From the NCBI GenBank assembly GCA_963677595.1, contig OY782041.1:2688001-2752000 (forward strand): a DNA stretch of 64,000 bases, read 5' to 3'. Below the pieces are notes generated by a model that saw only the letters and a program-made list of their open reading frames with translations, did not search any database and was not told where the DNA came from. Position 1 is the stretch's first letter; every line of letters begins with the position of its first letter. The DNA comes from Spirochaetia bacterium (GTDB lineage Bacteria; Spirochaetota; Spirochaetia; CAKZLE01). Below are positions 45,397 through 54,303 of the stretch, piece after piece. A program made the translations under genes and the position numbers.

Positions 45397-46866
45397 ATGG
45401 CACAGAACGCAGATATCGGATTGATCGGACTGGCTGTCATGGGACAGAACCTGGTGTTGAACATGAATGATCACGGCTACACCGTCGCCGTGTACAACCG
45501 GACGACCTCGAAGGTTGATGAGTTCAAGGCGACTGCCGCCGCCGGCCGGGAGACGATCATCGCCACCCATTCGGTCGAGGAGTTCATCAGTACGCTGGGG
45601 CGGCCGAGAAAGGTCATGCTCATGGTCAAGGCCGGCAAGGTCGTTGACCTCTTCATAGAACAACTAATTCCCTACCTCGAACCCGGTGATATCATCATCG
45701 ATGGGGGGAACTCCCAGTTCGGCGATACCGAACGGCGGGTCGCAACCCTGGCTGAGAAGGGTATCCTCTTCATCGGCTCCGGTATCTCCGGAGGCGAAGA
45801 GGGGGCGAGGCGAGGCCCTTCGATCATGCCGGGGGGTAACGCCGAGGCATGGCCTCTGGTGAAGGAGATCTTCCAGGGGATCGCCGCGAAGACCGATACC
45901 GGCGAGGCCTGCTGCGACTGGGTCGGCGAGGGTGGTGCCGGCCATTATGTGAAGATGGTCCATAACGGGATCGAGTACGGCGACATCCAGCTCATCGGCG
46001 AAGCATACCACCTGATGCATGAAGGGCTCTCCCTGGGCTACGATGAGCTGCACGATATCTTCTCCGAGTGGAATACCGGCGAGCTTGACAGCTACCTCAT
46101 CGAGATTACCCGCGACATCATGGCCTTCAAGGACACTGACGGCAGGCCGCTCGTGGAGAAGATCCTTGATACGGCAGGCCAGAAGGGGACCGGCAAGTGG
46201 ACGGGGATCAGCTCCCTGGAACTCGGTGTCCCGGTCTCCCTGATCTCCGAGGCGGTTTATGCGCGATGTCTCTCGGCGATGAAGGAGGAGCGTACGGCAG
46301 CCTCCCGTTTCTACGGGAAGCAGGATGGCGGTGCCGCGAAGCTGACGAAAGAAGAGAAGGCCGCCCTCATCGATGACATCAGGCAGGCATTGCTTGCCTC
46401 CAAGATCATCTCCTATGCACAGGGCTACATGCTCATGCGTGAGGCAGCCGCCCAGGAGGGTTGGGACCTCAACTTCGGCGGGGTAGCCCTCATGTGGCGT
46501 GAAGGCTGCATCATACGAAGCGTCTTCCTAGAGCACATCCGGGATGCCTATGAGAAGGACCCCGGGCTAAGCAGCTTGCTCATGGACAGCTATTTCAAGG
46601 AGCTGCTCCAGCGCTCTGAGGCTGCCTGGAGGCGGGTCGTCTCCTTTGCGGTGCAGCGAGCCATACCCGTGCCGGCTATCTCCTCGGCATTGACCTTCTT
46701 CGATGGGTACCGGACCGAACGGTTGCCTGCCAACTTGCTGCAGGCGCAGCGGGACTACTTCGGTGCGCATACCTATGAGAGGGTAGACGGCAAGAGGGGT
46801 GAGTTCCACCATACTAACTGGACCGGGACCGGCGGGGATGTCTCCTCGAGTACCTATGAGGTGTAG
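45397..46866 (+). CDS. gnd: 6-phosphogluconate dehydrogenase, decarboxylating
   Basis: GLAVMG, YNRT, VKMVHNGIEY and QRDYFGAHTY motifs. Confidence 0.97.
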   Translation: MAQNADIGLIGLAVMGQNLVLNMNDHGYTVAVYNRTTSKVDEFKATAAAGRETIIATHSVEEFISTLGRPRKVMLMVKAGKVVDLFIEQLIPYLEPGDIIIDGGNSQFGDTERRVATLAEKGILFIGSGISGGEEGARRGPSIMPGGNAEAWPLVKEIFQGIAAKTDTGEACCDWVGEGGAGHYVKMVHNGIEYGDIQLIGEAYHLMHEGLSLGYDELHDIFSEWNTGELDSYLIEITRDIMAFKDTDGRPLVEKILDTAGQKGTGKWTGISSLELGVPVSLISEAVYARCLSAMKEERTAASRFYGKQDGGAAKLTKEEKAALIDDIRQALLASKIISYAQGYMLMREAAAQEGWDLNFGGVALMWREGCIIRSVFLEHIRDAYEKDPGLSSLLMDSYFKELLQRSEAAWRRVVSFAVQRAIPVPAISSALTFFDGYRTERLPANLLQAQRDYFGAHTYERVDGKRGEFHHTNWTGTGGDVSSSTYEV

Positions 46867-46884
46867 TTGCTGCTAATAAAAAGC

Positions 46885-46919
46885 AAAAGGCTGCAGTGGG
46901 GTAATCACTGCAGCCTTTT
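46885..46919. terminator. Bidirectional intrinsic terminator
   Basis: AAAAGGCTGCAGTG-gggtaat-CACTGCAGCCTTTT, between convergent genes. Confidence 0.85.
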
Positions 46920-46929
46920 CAGGTGTATG

Positions 46930-47109
46930 CTACTTCTGACAGTCTGAGAACCAGAGGCAGTCTGTAAGACCGCAATTGGTTATCCCGCTGTCAAAGCAGG
47001 CAGCATTACCTTCTGCTTCCTGAATTGCACGGATCAGTTCCGTTTTCTTCTTCTTGCCCACTGACACATTGAGTGTCTTTGCGATTTCTTTGATTTCTTT
47101 TACTAACAT
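46930..47109 (-). CDS. 59-aa Rho_N/SAP-like helical protein with four C-terminal cysteines (below the ORF-track cutoff)
   Basis: MLVKEIKEIAKTLNVSVGKKKKTELIRAIQEAEGNAACFDSGITNCGLTDCLWFSDCQK*; it has its own promoter TTGACA-17-TAAGAT and ends at a terminator. Confidence 0.85.
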   Translation of the reverse strand: MLVKEIKEIAKTLNVSVGKKKKTELIRAIQEAEGNAACFDSGITNCGLTDCLWFSDCQK

Positions 47110-47184
47110 GCATAAATCTTAGAGAGAAGCGGTTTGCGTGTCAAGAATACCGCTTCTCCCTAGAGCGAAATAGCTGGTAATATG

Positions 47185-48378
47185 CTAATTAACCGCAGAT
47201 TCCAGTATCTTTTCCGAGTTGTAAAGCCTTGAAGTCCCGGTAATAAGCACCCCGATCATTGCTGAGAGCGAGATGACCGTGAGCAGGAGCTGCAGTATGG
47301 TCGAGGTCCCGAGGATCGCTCCCTTCATGAGGAATATCGAGTTCACGAAGGGTACGAGGAAGAGCAGCGGCTGTGTCGCCGGGTCGAAACTCATCGTCAG
47401 GACCCCCGTGAGCACCACGATGATGTAGATAGGCATCACGTAGCTCGTGGCTTCCTTGGCTGTCTTCGCCAGTGAGCCGAGTAGGACGATGATCGATGCT
47501 GCGAGCATGCTGGTGAAGGCGAGCGCGAAGAAGAGGGTGACCAGGGACGGGATGCTGAAGCCGGTGAAGTCGGTACCGTCAGTGAACATACCCCCGGTGG
47601 TGGAGAAGGCGATGAGCAGTCCTGCGAAGGTCATGAGGCTCGAGGCGATCCCGGCGCTCAGGACGTAGAGGACCTTCCCCAGTGCGATGGAAGACCTTGA
47701 TACCTGGTTCACCAGGATGATGGCAATACTCCCGCGCTCCTTCTCCCCGGCTGTGGTGTCGATCCCGACGCTCATGGAACCGGCGAAGGTGTAGATGATG
47801 ACCAGGTACGGGATCATCATGACGAGGAACTCAGTGCCCTGTGACTCCTCCGGTGCCGTGTCGACCCTGAAGGTCCTGATCGTGTAGAGCGAATCCAGGT
47901 CGAGCCCGACCGAGAGCAGGGTCTGGTTGGCTAGTACCTGATCATACCCCTGGAGGGCAGAGATGATCTGTCTTGATGCGAAGGATAACGCTTGGGATGT
48001 CGAATCATAGTAGATCGTGACATCGGCTTCGTCCCCGACCCGGTAGCCTTCGGGGAACTCGATGACCAGAGACCCTGGTGAAGGGGCCTGTGTCAGCTCG
48101 AAGTTGAGCTGCTTTGAGAGTTCTCCCTGAAGCCTGGGGTCATCGTTGTTCCTGATCTCCAGTGAGTAGACCTGCTCCTGGGCTTGGGCCTCCTGCCTGC
48201 TCATGACGGCATTCATGCCGATGAAGATCGCCGGCATGAGTACCAGGGGGAGGATGAGGGTCGCGAAGAGGGTCCGCCTGTCCTTGATGACGTTCCGCAG
48301 CTCCTTCCGGTAGATGATCATGGCGTCGCTGAACATCGAGCTCCTTGGCTTGGTTTGCTTTATTTGTCTATGCTTCAT
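47185..48378 (-). CDS. natB: NatB-like sodium-export ABC permease
   Basis: KELRNVIKDRRTL, TAGEKERGS and ALGK motifs. Confidence 0.85.
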   Translation of the reverse strand: MKHRQIKQTKPRSSMFSDAMIIYRKELRNVIKDRRTLFATLILPLVLMPAIFIGMNAVMSRQEAQAQEQVYSLEIRNNDDPRLQGELSKQLNFELTQAPSPGSLVIEFPEGYRVGDEADVTIYYDSTSQALSFASRQIISALQGYDQVLANQTLLSVGLDLDSLYTIRTFRVDTAPEESQGTEFLVMMIPYLVIIYTFAGSMSVGIDTTAGEKERGSIAIILVNQVSRSSIALGKVLYVLSAGIASSLMTFAGLLIAFSTTGGMFTDGTDFTGFSIPSLVTLFFALAFTSMLAASIIVLLGSLAKTAKEATSYVMPIYIIVVLTGVLTMSFDPATQPLLFLVPFVNSIFLMKGAILGTSTILQLLLTVISLSAMIGVLITGTSRLYNSEKILESAVN

Positions 48379-49118
48379 GATACGATCCCCCGTTCCCGTG
48401 CAAGGTCGAAGAAGAGGTCATCCAGCCTGCCCGACGGCTGTGCTGAGAGGATGTCAGCCTTCTTCCCGTTAACCACGAGATCTCCCTCGAGGAGTATCCC
48501 GATATCATCACAGAGCATCTCCGCCTCCGAGAGGATGTGGGTGGAGAGGATCACGGTCTTCCCCCCGTCCCGGGAGTCCAGGAGGAAGTCGTTGACCACC
48601 TTCGTGGCGAGGATGTCGAGGTTGCTCGTCGGCTCATCGAAGATGATGACCTGCGGGTCGTGGATGATGCTGACGGCGATCGAGGTCTTCTGCTTCATGC
48701 CTGAGGAGAGCTTGTCGAGCGGCCGGTCGAGGTACTCCTCCATGCCGAGGCTCCCGGCGATAGAGACGATTCGCTCATCGATGAGCTCCCGCTTCATGTG
48801 GTTGAGTTCCCCGAAGAACCTGAGCGATTCCCGCGAGGAGAGGTTCCCTGAGAGTTTCATCTCCCCGGTAAGCAGCCCGATGCGGTCGCGGACAGCCCTG
48901 CTGTCACTGATCGTATCGAGCCCGTCAACGGTGATCGTCCCTGAATCGGGCTTCAGCAGGGTCGCGATGAGCCTGAGGCTCGTGGTCTTCCCTGCGCCGT
49001 TCGGGCCGAGCAGCCCGTATATCCTGCCGGGTTCAGCGGTGAAGGAGATACCGTTGAGTACCTCATTGCGCTGCTTCTTGGCCCGGAAGGACTTATGCAG
49101 TCCTTTCACTTCTACCAT
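48375..49118 (-). CDS. natA: NatA-like ABC ATPase
   Basis: GPNGAGKTT, LSSGMKQK, FDEPT and STH motifs; ATG 49118 follows SD GGAG. Confidence 0.88.
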   Translation of the reverse strand: MVEVKGLHKSFRAKKQRNEVLNGISFTAEPGRIYGLLGPNGAGKTTSLRLIATLLKPDSGTITVDGLDTISDSRAVRDRIGLLTGEMKLSGNLSSRESLRFFGELNHMKRELIDERIVSIAGSLGMEEYLDRPLDKLSSGMKQKTSIAVSIIHDPQVIIFDEPTSNLDILATKVVNDFLLDSRDGGKTVILSTHILSEAEMLCDDIGILLEGDLVVNGKKADILSAQPSGRLDDLFFDLARERGIVS

Positions 49119-49227
49119 GTACACACTCCATGTTCATACGTCTTGTTCACCAGATAGTGTATCATCTGCGCAATGGGTTGTACACCGGGATGAGGATTGC
49201 CGTCAACACCCCGTAAGAGAGCGATGG

Positions 49228-50832
49228 CTAGAAGAGCCCCGAGATCGTACCATCCCCTGCGATGTCTATATCGCAGGCGGAGGGGCGTGCGGGCAGCCCC
49301 GGCATGGTCATGATCTCGCCCGTATAGACCACGATGAACCCCGCGCCGGTCTTCGCCTCGACCTTCGAGACCGAGATCGGGAAGTCCCTGGGGCATCCCT
49401 CGAGCTTTGGGTTGTCAGACAGCGAGGACTGGGTCTTCGCCATGCAGATCGGGTAGGAGCCGAATCCCTGCTTCTCGAGCTTCCTCATCGTGGTGATCAC
49501 GCCCTTGGCATAGACCACCGAGCCGGCCCCGTACATCTCCCGGCAGACCTTCTCGATCTTCTCCCTGATTGGCTGACCCTCCTCGTAGAGCGGGTGATAG
49601 CAGTTTTTCTCCTCGCAGAGTTCCACCACGGTACGTGCAAGGTCGACTCCGCCGGCACCCCCTGACTCCCTGAAGTCGGTGATGTGGGCGGTGACGCCCT
49701 CGTCGGAGAGTTTTTCCTTCAGCCGGGCGAGTTCTTCCTCCGGGTCGTCGAGGAACCGGTTGATGGAGACGACCGGTTTGACGCCATGCTTCTTGATGTT
49801 GCCCACATGCTTGAGGATGTTGTCGAGCCCATGGATCCTGTAGGCCCGCAGGGTCACGACCAGGACCGCGACAGCAGGGGTGAACCCGCCGACCCTGCTC
49901 GTGATATTGAAGAACTTCTCCGCTCCCAGTTCCGATGCGAAACCTGCTTCGGTGACGGTGTAGTCTGCCAGGTTGAGGGCTGTTCTCGTCGCGATGATCG
50001 AGTTCGAACCGTGCGCGATGTTGGCGAAGGGCCCCCCGTGGATGAGGACCGGCACCCCCTCTATGCTCTGGACGAGGTTCGGCTCGATAGCCTGCTTCAG
50101 CAGGGCAGCCATGGCGCCTGCCGCTCCGATCTCCCCGGCCGTGACCGGTTTCCCCTCATAGGTATACCCGATGGTGATCCTCCCCAGCATCTCCTTGAGG
50201 TCGGTGATGTCTTCGGCGAGGCAGAGGATGGCCATGATCTCGGAGGCTGCCGTGATAGTGAAGCCGTCGACCCGGGCGATACCGTTCTCCCCATGGTCGC
50301 TCAACCCTACCGTGATGGAGCGCAGGGAACGGTCGTTCATGTCGATGACCCGATTCCAGATGACCTTGGCAGGGTGGAGCAGGGGCTCGTTCCGCTGGTG
50401 GATATGGTTGTCGATCATCGCCGAGAGGAGGTTATGGGCGATCGTCACCGCGTGGATATCACCGGTGAAGTGGAGGTTGATCTCCTCCATGGGGAGGACC
50501 TGGGAGTAGCCCCCGCCGGCAGCCCCTCCCTTGATCCCCATGCAGGGGCCGAGGGACGGTTCCCTGATCGCCGCTATGGAGGAACACCCGATCTTCTTCA
50601 GGGCCTGGGCAAGCCCGATCGTATTAGTCGTCTTTCCCTCGCCGTAGCGGGTGGGCGTCATGGCCGTCATAAGGATGAGGTGCCCGTGTCGGTCCCCCTT
50701 CGAGAAGGAAGTAGGCACCTTCGCGATATACCTCCCGTAGGGGTGGATATCCTGCTCGATACCCAGTGAAGCCGCGATCTCCGTGATCTTCTTCAGCTCT
50801 GCCTGCTGTGCGATCGTGATATCTGATACCAT
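49228..50832 (-). CDS. fhs: Formate-tetrahydrofolate ligase
   Basis: PTRYGEGKTT, IKGGAAGGGYSQV, HGGPFANIAHG and MTMPGLP motifs; SD GGGAGG before ATG 50832. Confidence 0.96.
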   Translation of the reverse strand: MVSDITIAQQAELKKITEIAASLGIEQDIHPYGRYIAKVPTSFSKGDRHGHLILMTAMTPTRYGEGKTTNTIGLAQALKKIGCSSIAAIREPSLGPCMGIKGGAAGGGYSQVLPMEEINLHFTGDIHAVTIAHNLLSAMIDNHIHQRNEPLLHPAKVIWNRVIDMNDRSLRSITVGLSDHGENGIARVDGFTITAASEIMAILCLAEDITDLKEMLGRITIGYTYEGKPVTAGEIGAAGAMAALLKQAIEPNLVQSIEGVPVLIHGGPFANIAHGSNSIIATRTALNLADYTVTEAGFASELGAEKFFNITSRVGGFTPAVAVLVVTLRAYRIHGLDNILKHVGNIKKHGVKPVVSINRFLDDPEEELARLKEKLSDEGVTAHITDFRESGGAGGVDLARTVVELCEEKNCYHPLYEEGQPIREKIEKVCREMYGAGSVVYAKGVITTMRKLEKQGFGSYPICMAKTQSSLSDNPKLEGCPRDFPISVSKVEAKTGAGFIVVYTGEIMTMPGLPARPSACDIDIAGDGTISGLF

Positions 50833-51009
50833 ATCGTACCTCCCGGTCTGGATTGTCTCTGTATCCTTACTATACAACCACCTGCAACAGAACGCAACAA
50901 CTATCATCTATGAGGATTTTCCCCATACATCTTGGCTGCCTCTTGACCGGAACCCGTATCGAAGCCATGATAGGACCTAGGCGGTAATACGAATAGGAGA
51001 GAAGATCGT

Positions 51010-52248
51010 ATGAAACAGACAATTCCGTACGGACAGGGCATGGTGGAAGTCACCCTGCCCGGGCAGACCGTGAGTATCGAGCCGAAGGATGTGCCGGAGT
51101 ATAATGAGCAGGCCGTCCTGGCAGAGGCGATGAAGAACCCTGTAGGCGCTGGAAGCATCGAGGAGTTCCTCGCAGAAGGGGAGAAGGTCCTCATCATCGT
51201 CAACGACGGGACCAGGCCGACACCGACCGGTGCAGTCATGGAGTCGCTGCTGCCGCTGCTCGAGGGAAAGGACGTCACCGTCATGGTCGCAACCGGGGTA
51301 CACCGCGGTGCGACCGATAAGGAGATGAAGCGGATCCTTGGGCCGACCTATGAGGCCCTGAAGGATACCGTGGTCTCCCATGATGCCCGCAAGGACGAGG
51401 AGATGGTCTACCTCGGGGTCAGCAAGAACGGGACCGAACTCGCCGTGAACAAGGCCGTCATGGAGTCGGACCGGATCATCGCGATCGGGTCGGTCGAACC
51501 CCACTATTTCGCCGGCTATACCGGGGGCAGGAAGGCGATCATGCCCGGGGTGGCGGCATTCCGGTCGATCGAGATGAACCATAAGAATGCCCTCGACCCA
51601 CGGGCCAAGGCCCTTGCCCTCGAGGGGAACCCGGTCCATGAGGATATGATCGACGTGCTCGAACTCCTCGAGGAGAAGCAGATCTATGCGATCATGACCG
51701 TCATGAACAAGCACCACAAGGTCTATGCTGCCACTGCGGGGGACATCACCGACTCGTTCTATGCCGCGATAGACAAGGCGAACGAGGTCTTCTGCGTGGA
51801 CTTGGAATCGAAGGCTGACATCGTCCTCACCGTGGCGAAACCCCCGATGGACATCGACCTCTACCAGTCCCAGAAGGCGATGGACAATGCGAAGCTTGCC
51901 CTCAAGGAGGGAGGCATCATGATCCTGGTCTCCTCCTGTGCCGACGGGGTGGGGGAGAAGGCCTTCTATGACCTCCTCTCCTCCTGCGATACCGCAGCAG
52001 AGGTCCTTGAGAAGATCAAGGGAGAGTATCGCCTCGGGTACCATAAGGCCGGGAAGATGGCGGAAGTCATCAACATGGCCGATATCTGGGTCGTGAGCGA
52101 CCTCACTGATGAGCTGTGGAGCAGCATCTTCATCAGGCAGTTTCCCTCCATACAGGAGGCGATCGATGCCGCACTGGAGCAGAAGGGGAAAGATGCCTCC
52201 TTCGTATTCATGCCTGACGGCTGCGTGACCGTCCCGAGACTCGCCTGA
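51010..52248 (+). CDS. LarA-family nickel-pincer racemase/epimerase
   Basis: NDGTRPTP, ATGVHR, HYFAGYTGGRK and DLYQSQK motifs. Confidence 0.9.
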   Translation: MKQTIPYGQGMVEVTLPGQTVSIEPKDVPEYNEQAVLAEAMKNPVGAGSIEEFLAEGEKVLIIVNDGTRPTPTGAVMESLLPLLEGKDVTVMVATGVHRGATDKEMKRILGPTYEALKDTVVSHDARKDEEMVYLGVSKNGTELAVNKAVMESDRIIAIGSVEPHYFAGYTGGRKAIMPGVAAFRSIEMNHKNALDPRAKALALEGNPVHEDMIDVLELLEEKQIYAIMTVMNKHHKVYAATAGDITDSFYAAIDKANEVFCVDLESKADIVLTVAKPPMDIDLYQSQKAMDNAKLALKEGGIMILVSSCADGVGEKAFYDLLSSCDTAAEVLEKIKGEYRLGYHKAGKMAEVINMADIWVVSDLTDELWSSIFIRQFPSIQEAIDAALEQKGKDASFVFMPDGCVTVPRLA

Positions 52249-52264
52249 CCCTACTACTGCAAGA

Positions 52265-52298
52265 GCCCCTGCCTGGAAATGAGGCAGGGGTGTTCTCT
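52265..52298 (+). terminator. Hairpin/terminator after the larA-like gene
   Basis: GCCCCTGCCT-ggaaatg-AGGCAGGGGT followed by GTTCTCT. Confidence 0.6.
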
Positions 52299-52363
52299 CT
52301 AAGCTCGAATGGGGCTCACAGGTAATCCGGATAAAAAATCCTGACAAAAAATACATCTTTTTA

Positions 52364-52561
52364 TTGACAGGCGAACGAACCCTGTGTAAAATCTATTCAT
52401 GAAATAAAGAATACGTAGTCATGCAGATACGTATATCACCTTATGAAAATCAATAGAATAGTATGTATATGGTTCATAATTACGTTAAAGATTATACTAT
52501 ATAAAGTAGATAGTCTCTAACTATGTAGAATATGTTTATCTATAGAAGATTACGTAGTCAT
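52364..52561 (+). promoter_or_regulatory. TRAP operon promoter with two palindromic operators
   Basis: TTGACA (52364)-17-TAAAAT (52387); AAGAATACGTAGTCAT (52407-52422) and AAGATTACGTAGTCAT (52546-52561). Confidence 0.75.
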
Positions 52562-52636
52562 ATAGCTATGTGTTGTTTTTACCCTGTCCACCTGGTGGCC
52601 GGGATAAGAGATCAAAAAAGGAAAAAGGAGAGAATT

Positions 52637-53647
52637 GTGAAACGATTACGAGTAATTGCATTGATGATCTGTCTGGTACTTGTCTCTGTGTCAGTCTTTG
52701 CCGGCGGGCAGCAGGAAGATGGTGTGAAAGTCATACGAGCTGGGCATGGTCAGCCGGTTGGAACAGGCCTGCACCAGGGATTCGTCTATTTCAAGGAAGC
52801 TGTCGAGAAGAAATCAAACGGAAAGATCACCGTCGAGATATATGACAGTGGGCAGTTAGGTGGAGACCGGGAGTTGACCGAAGGGGTACAGCTCGGGAAT
52901 GTGACGATGACTGCAGTATCCGCAGCTAACCTTGGGACGTTCGCCAAGGAGTTCTATGTCCTTGATACCTATTTCATGTTCAGGGATAGAGAGCATGTCT
53001 ACAATGTCCTTGATGGTGCTGCAGGACAGATGATGCTTGACGGGCTTACTGAAAAGGAGATCAAGGGGCTTGGCTACTGGGAGAATGGATTCAGGCATCT
53101 GACGAACAGCAAGCATGCGGTCAATGAGACTGCAGATATGAAGGGGCTGAAGATCAGGGTCCCTGACAACCCAGTACAGATCGCTGCCTGGAACTCTGTA
53201 GGGGCCGGTCCTGCACCGATGGCATGGGGAGAGCTCTTCACCGCCCTTCAGCAGAAGGCGCTCGATGCCCAGGAATCGACACTGGAATCGATCCAGACGA
53301 TGAAGTTCTACGAAGTACAGCCCTACATGACCCTTACCGGTCATAAGTACAGCCCCTATGTCATCCTGATGGGAAAATCCTTCTATGAGGGCCTGACTGC
53401 TGAGGAGAAGAAGTGGGTTGACGAGGCTGTCCTCGAGTCCATCGACAAACAGCGGGCATTCGCCCAGGAGAATGAGAAGAAGGCGCTTGATGCGATCGCT
53501 GCTTCCGGCAAGACCGAGATCGGTGAGCTTACCAATGAGGCAAAGATGGAATTCAGGCAGAAGATGTCCACGATCTACAGTATGGTAGAGGAGAAGAGCG
53601 GGAAGGAGATGTTCGACCTCTTCGTCTCCGAAGTCGACAAGTATTAG
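52637..53647 (+). CDS. dctP: TRAP transporter substrate-binding protein (DctP)
   Basis: GQLGGDRE, WENGFR, GLKIRVP (carboxylate-binding Arg) and ELFTALQQ motifs; GTG start at 52637 after AAGGAG. Confidence 0.93.
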   Translation: MKRLRVIALMICLVLVSVSVFAGGQQEDGVKVIRAGHGQPVGTGLHQGFVYFKEAVEKKSNGKITVEIYDSGQLGGDRELTEGVQLGNVTMTAVSAANLGTFAKEFYVLDTYFMFRDREHVYNVLDGAAGQMMLDGLTEKEIKGLGYWENGFRHLTNSKHAVNETADMKGLKIRVPDNPVQIAAWNSVGAGPAPMAWGELFTALQQKALDAQESTLESIQTMKFYEVQPYMTLTGHKYSPYVILMGKSFYEGLTAEEKKWVDEAVLESIDKQRAFAQENEKKALDAIAASGKTEIGELTNEAKMEFRQKMSTIYSMVEEKSGKEMFDLFVSEVDKY

Positions 53648-53665
53648 GACGCGACCAAATCGCGT

Positions 53666-53694
53666 AGGGGCTGTCTCTTCGGGAGACAGCCTCT
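53666..53694 (+). promoter_or_regulatory. Intergenic stem-loop between dctP and dctQ (mRNA stabiliser or partial terminator)
   Basis: AGGGGCTGTCTC-ttcgg-GAGACAGCCTCT. Confidence 0.55.
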
Positions 53695-53715
53695 TCGAAC
53701 ACAAGGCTGGTTATT

Positions 53716-54294
53716 ATGAAAGTTTTACGTTGGTTGGATGACTATTTCGAAGCAATTTTCCTGATCGTGACCCTGTTCAGCATGAGTATCATCATCGCGG
53801 TCCAGGTCTTCTTCCGGTATGTGCTGCTCAACTCGATCTCCTGGTCTGAAGAGATCGCACGGTACCTCTTCATCTACATGGTCTATTTCGGGATATCATA
53901 TGCGGTCAGGACGAACCGTCATATCAGGGTGGAAGTGGTCCTGAACATGCTGCCAGACCGCGGCCGCAAGATCCTGACGATCATTGCTGATATCTTCTTC
54001 ATGATCTTTGCAACAGTGGTAACCGTGAAATCAGGTGTCGTTGTTGGAACGATCAGCAGGTTGGGGCAGATCGCTGGTGTGACGGGGATCCCGATGGGGA
54101 TCATCTACAGTGCCGTACCGGTCGGATACGGAATGGTCGTCGTACGGCTCCTGCAGAACCTGTATCATAAGATAACCCATATCAACGCTCCGTATGAGGA
54201 GTTCATCCATAGGAAGAATCCCGGGGAACGTTCCGGGGTCGGTACGGAGACTGTCGATGAGGCAGTCGCTGAAGCAGCCGGCGCTGCAGAGTAG
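53716..54294 (+). CDS. dctQ: TRAP small permease (DctQ)
   Basis: QVFFRY, WSEEIARY and HIRV motifs. Confidence 0.92.
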   Translation: MKVLRWLDDYFEAIFLIVTLFSMSIIIAVQVFFRYVLLNSISWSEEIARYLFIYMVYFGISYAVRTNRHIRVEVVLNMLPDRGRKILTIIADIFFMIFATVVTVKSGVVVGTISRLGQIAGVTGIPMGIIYSAVPVGYGMVVVRLLQNLYHKITHINAPYEEFIHRKNPGERSGVGTETVDEAVAEAAGAAE

Positions 54295-54303
54295 GAGAGT
54301 AGT

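Noticed and set aside
48184-49665. 493-aa plus-strand ORF
   Set aside because: It is an antisense shadow of natB/natA/fhs, Ser/Arg-rich with no recognisable motifs. Long shadow ORFs are expected from this GC-rich codon usage.
50977-52356. 459-aa minus-strand ORF
   Set aside because: It is an antisense shadow of the LarA-family gene.
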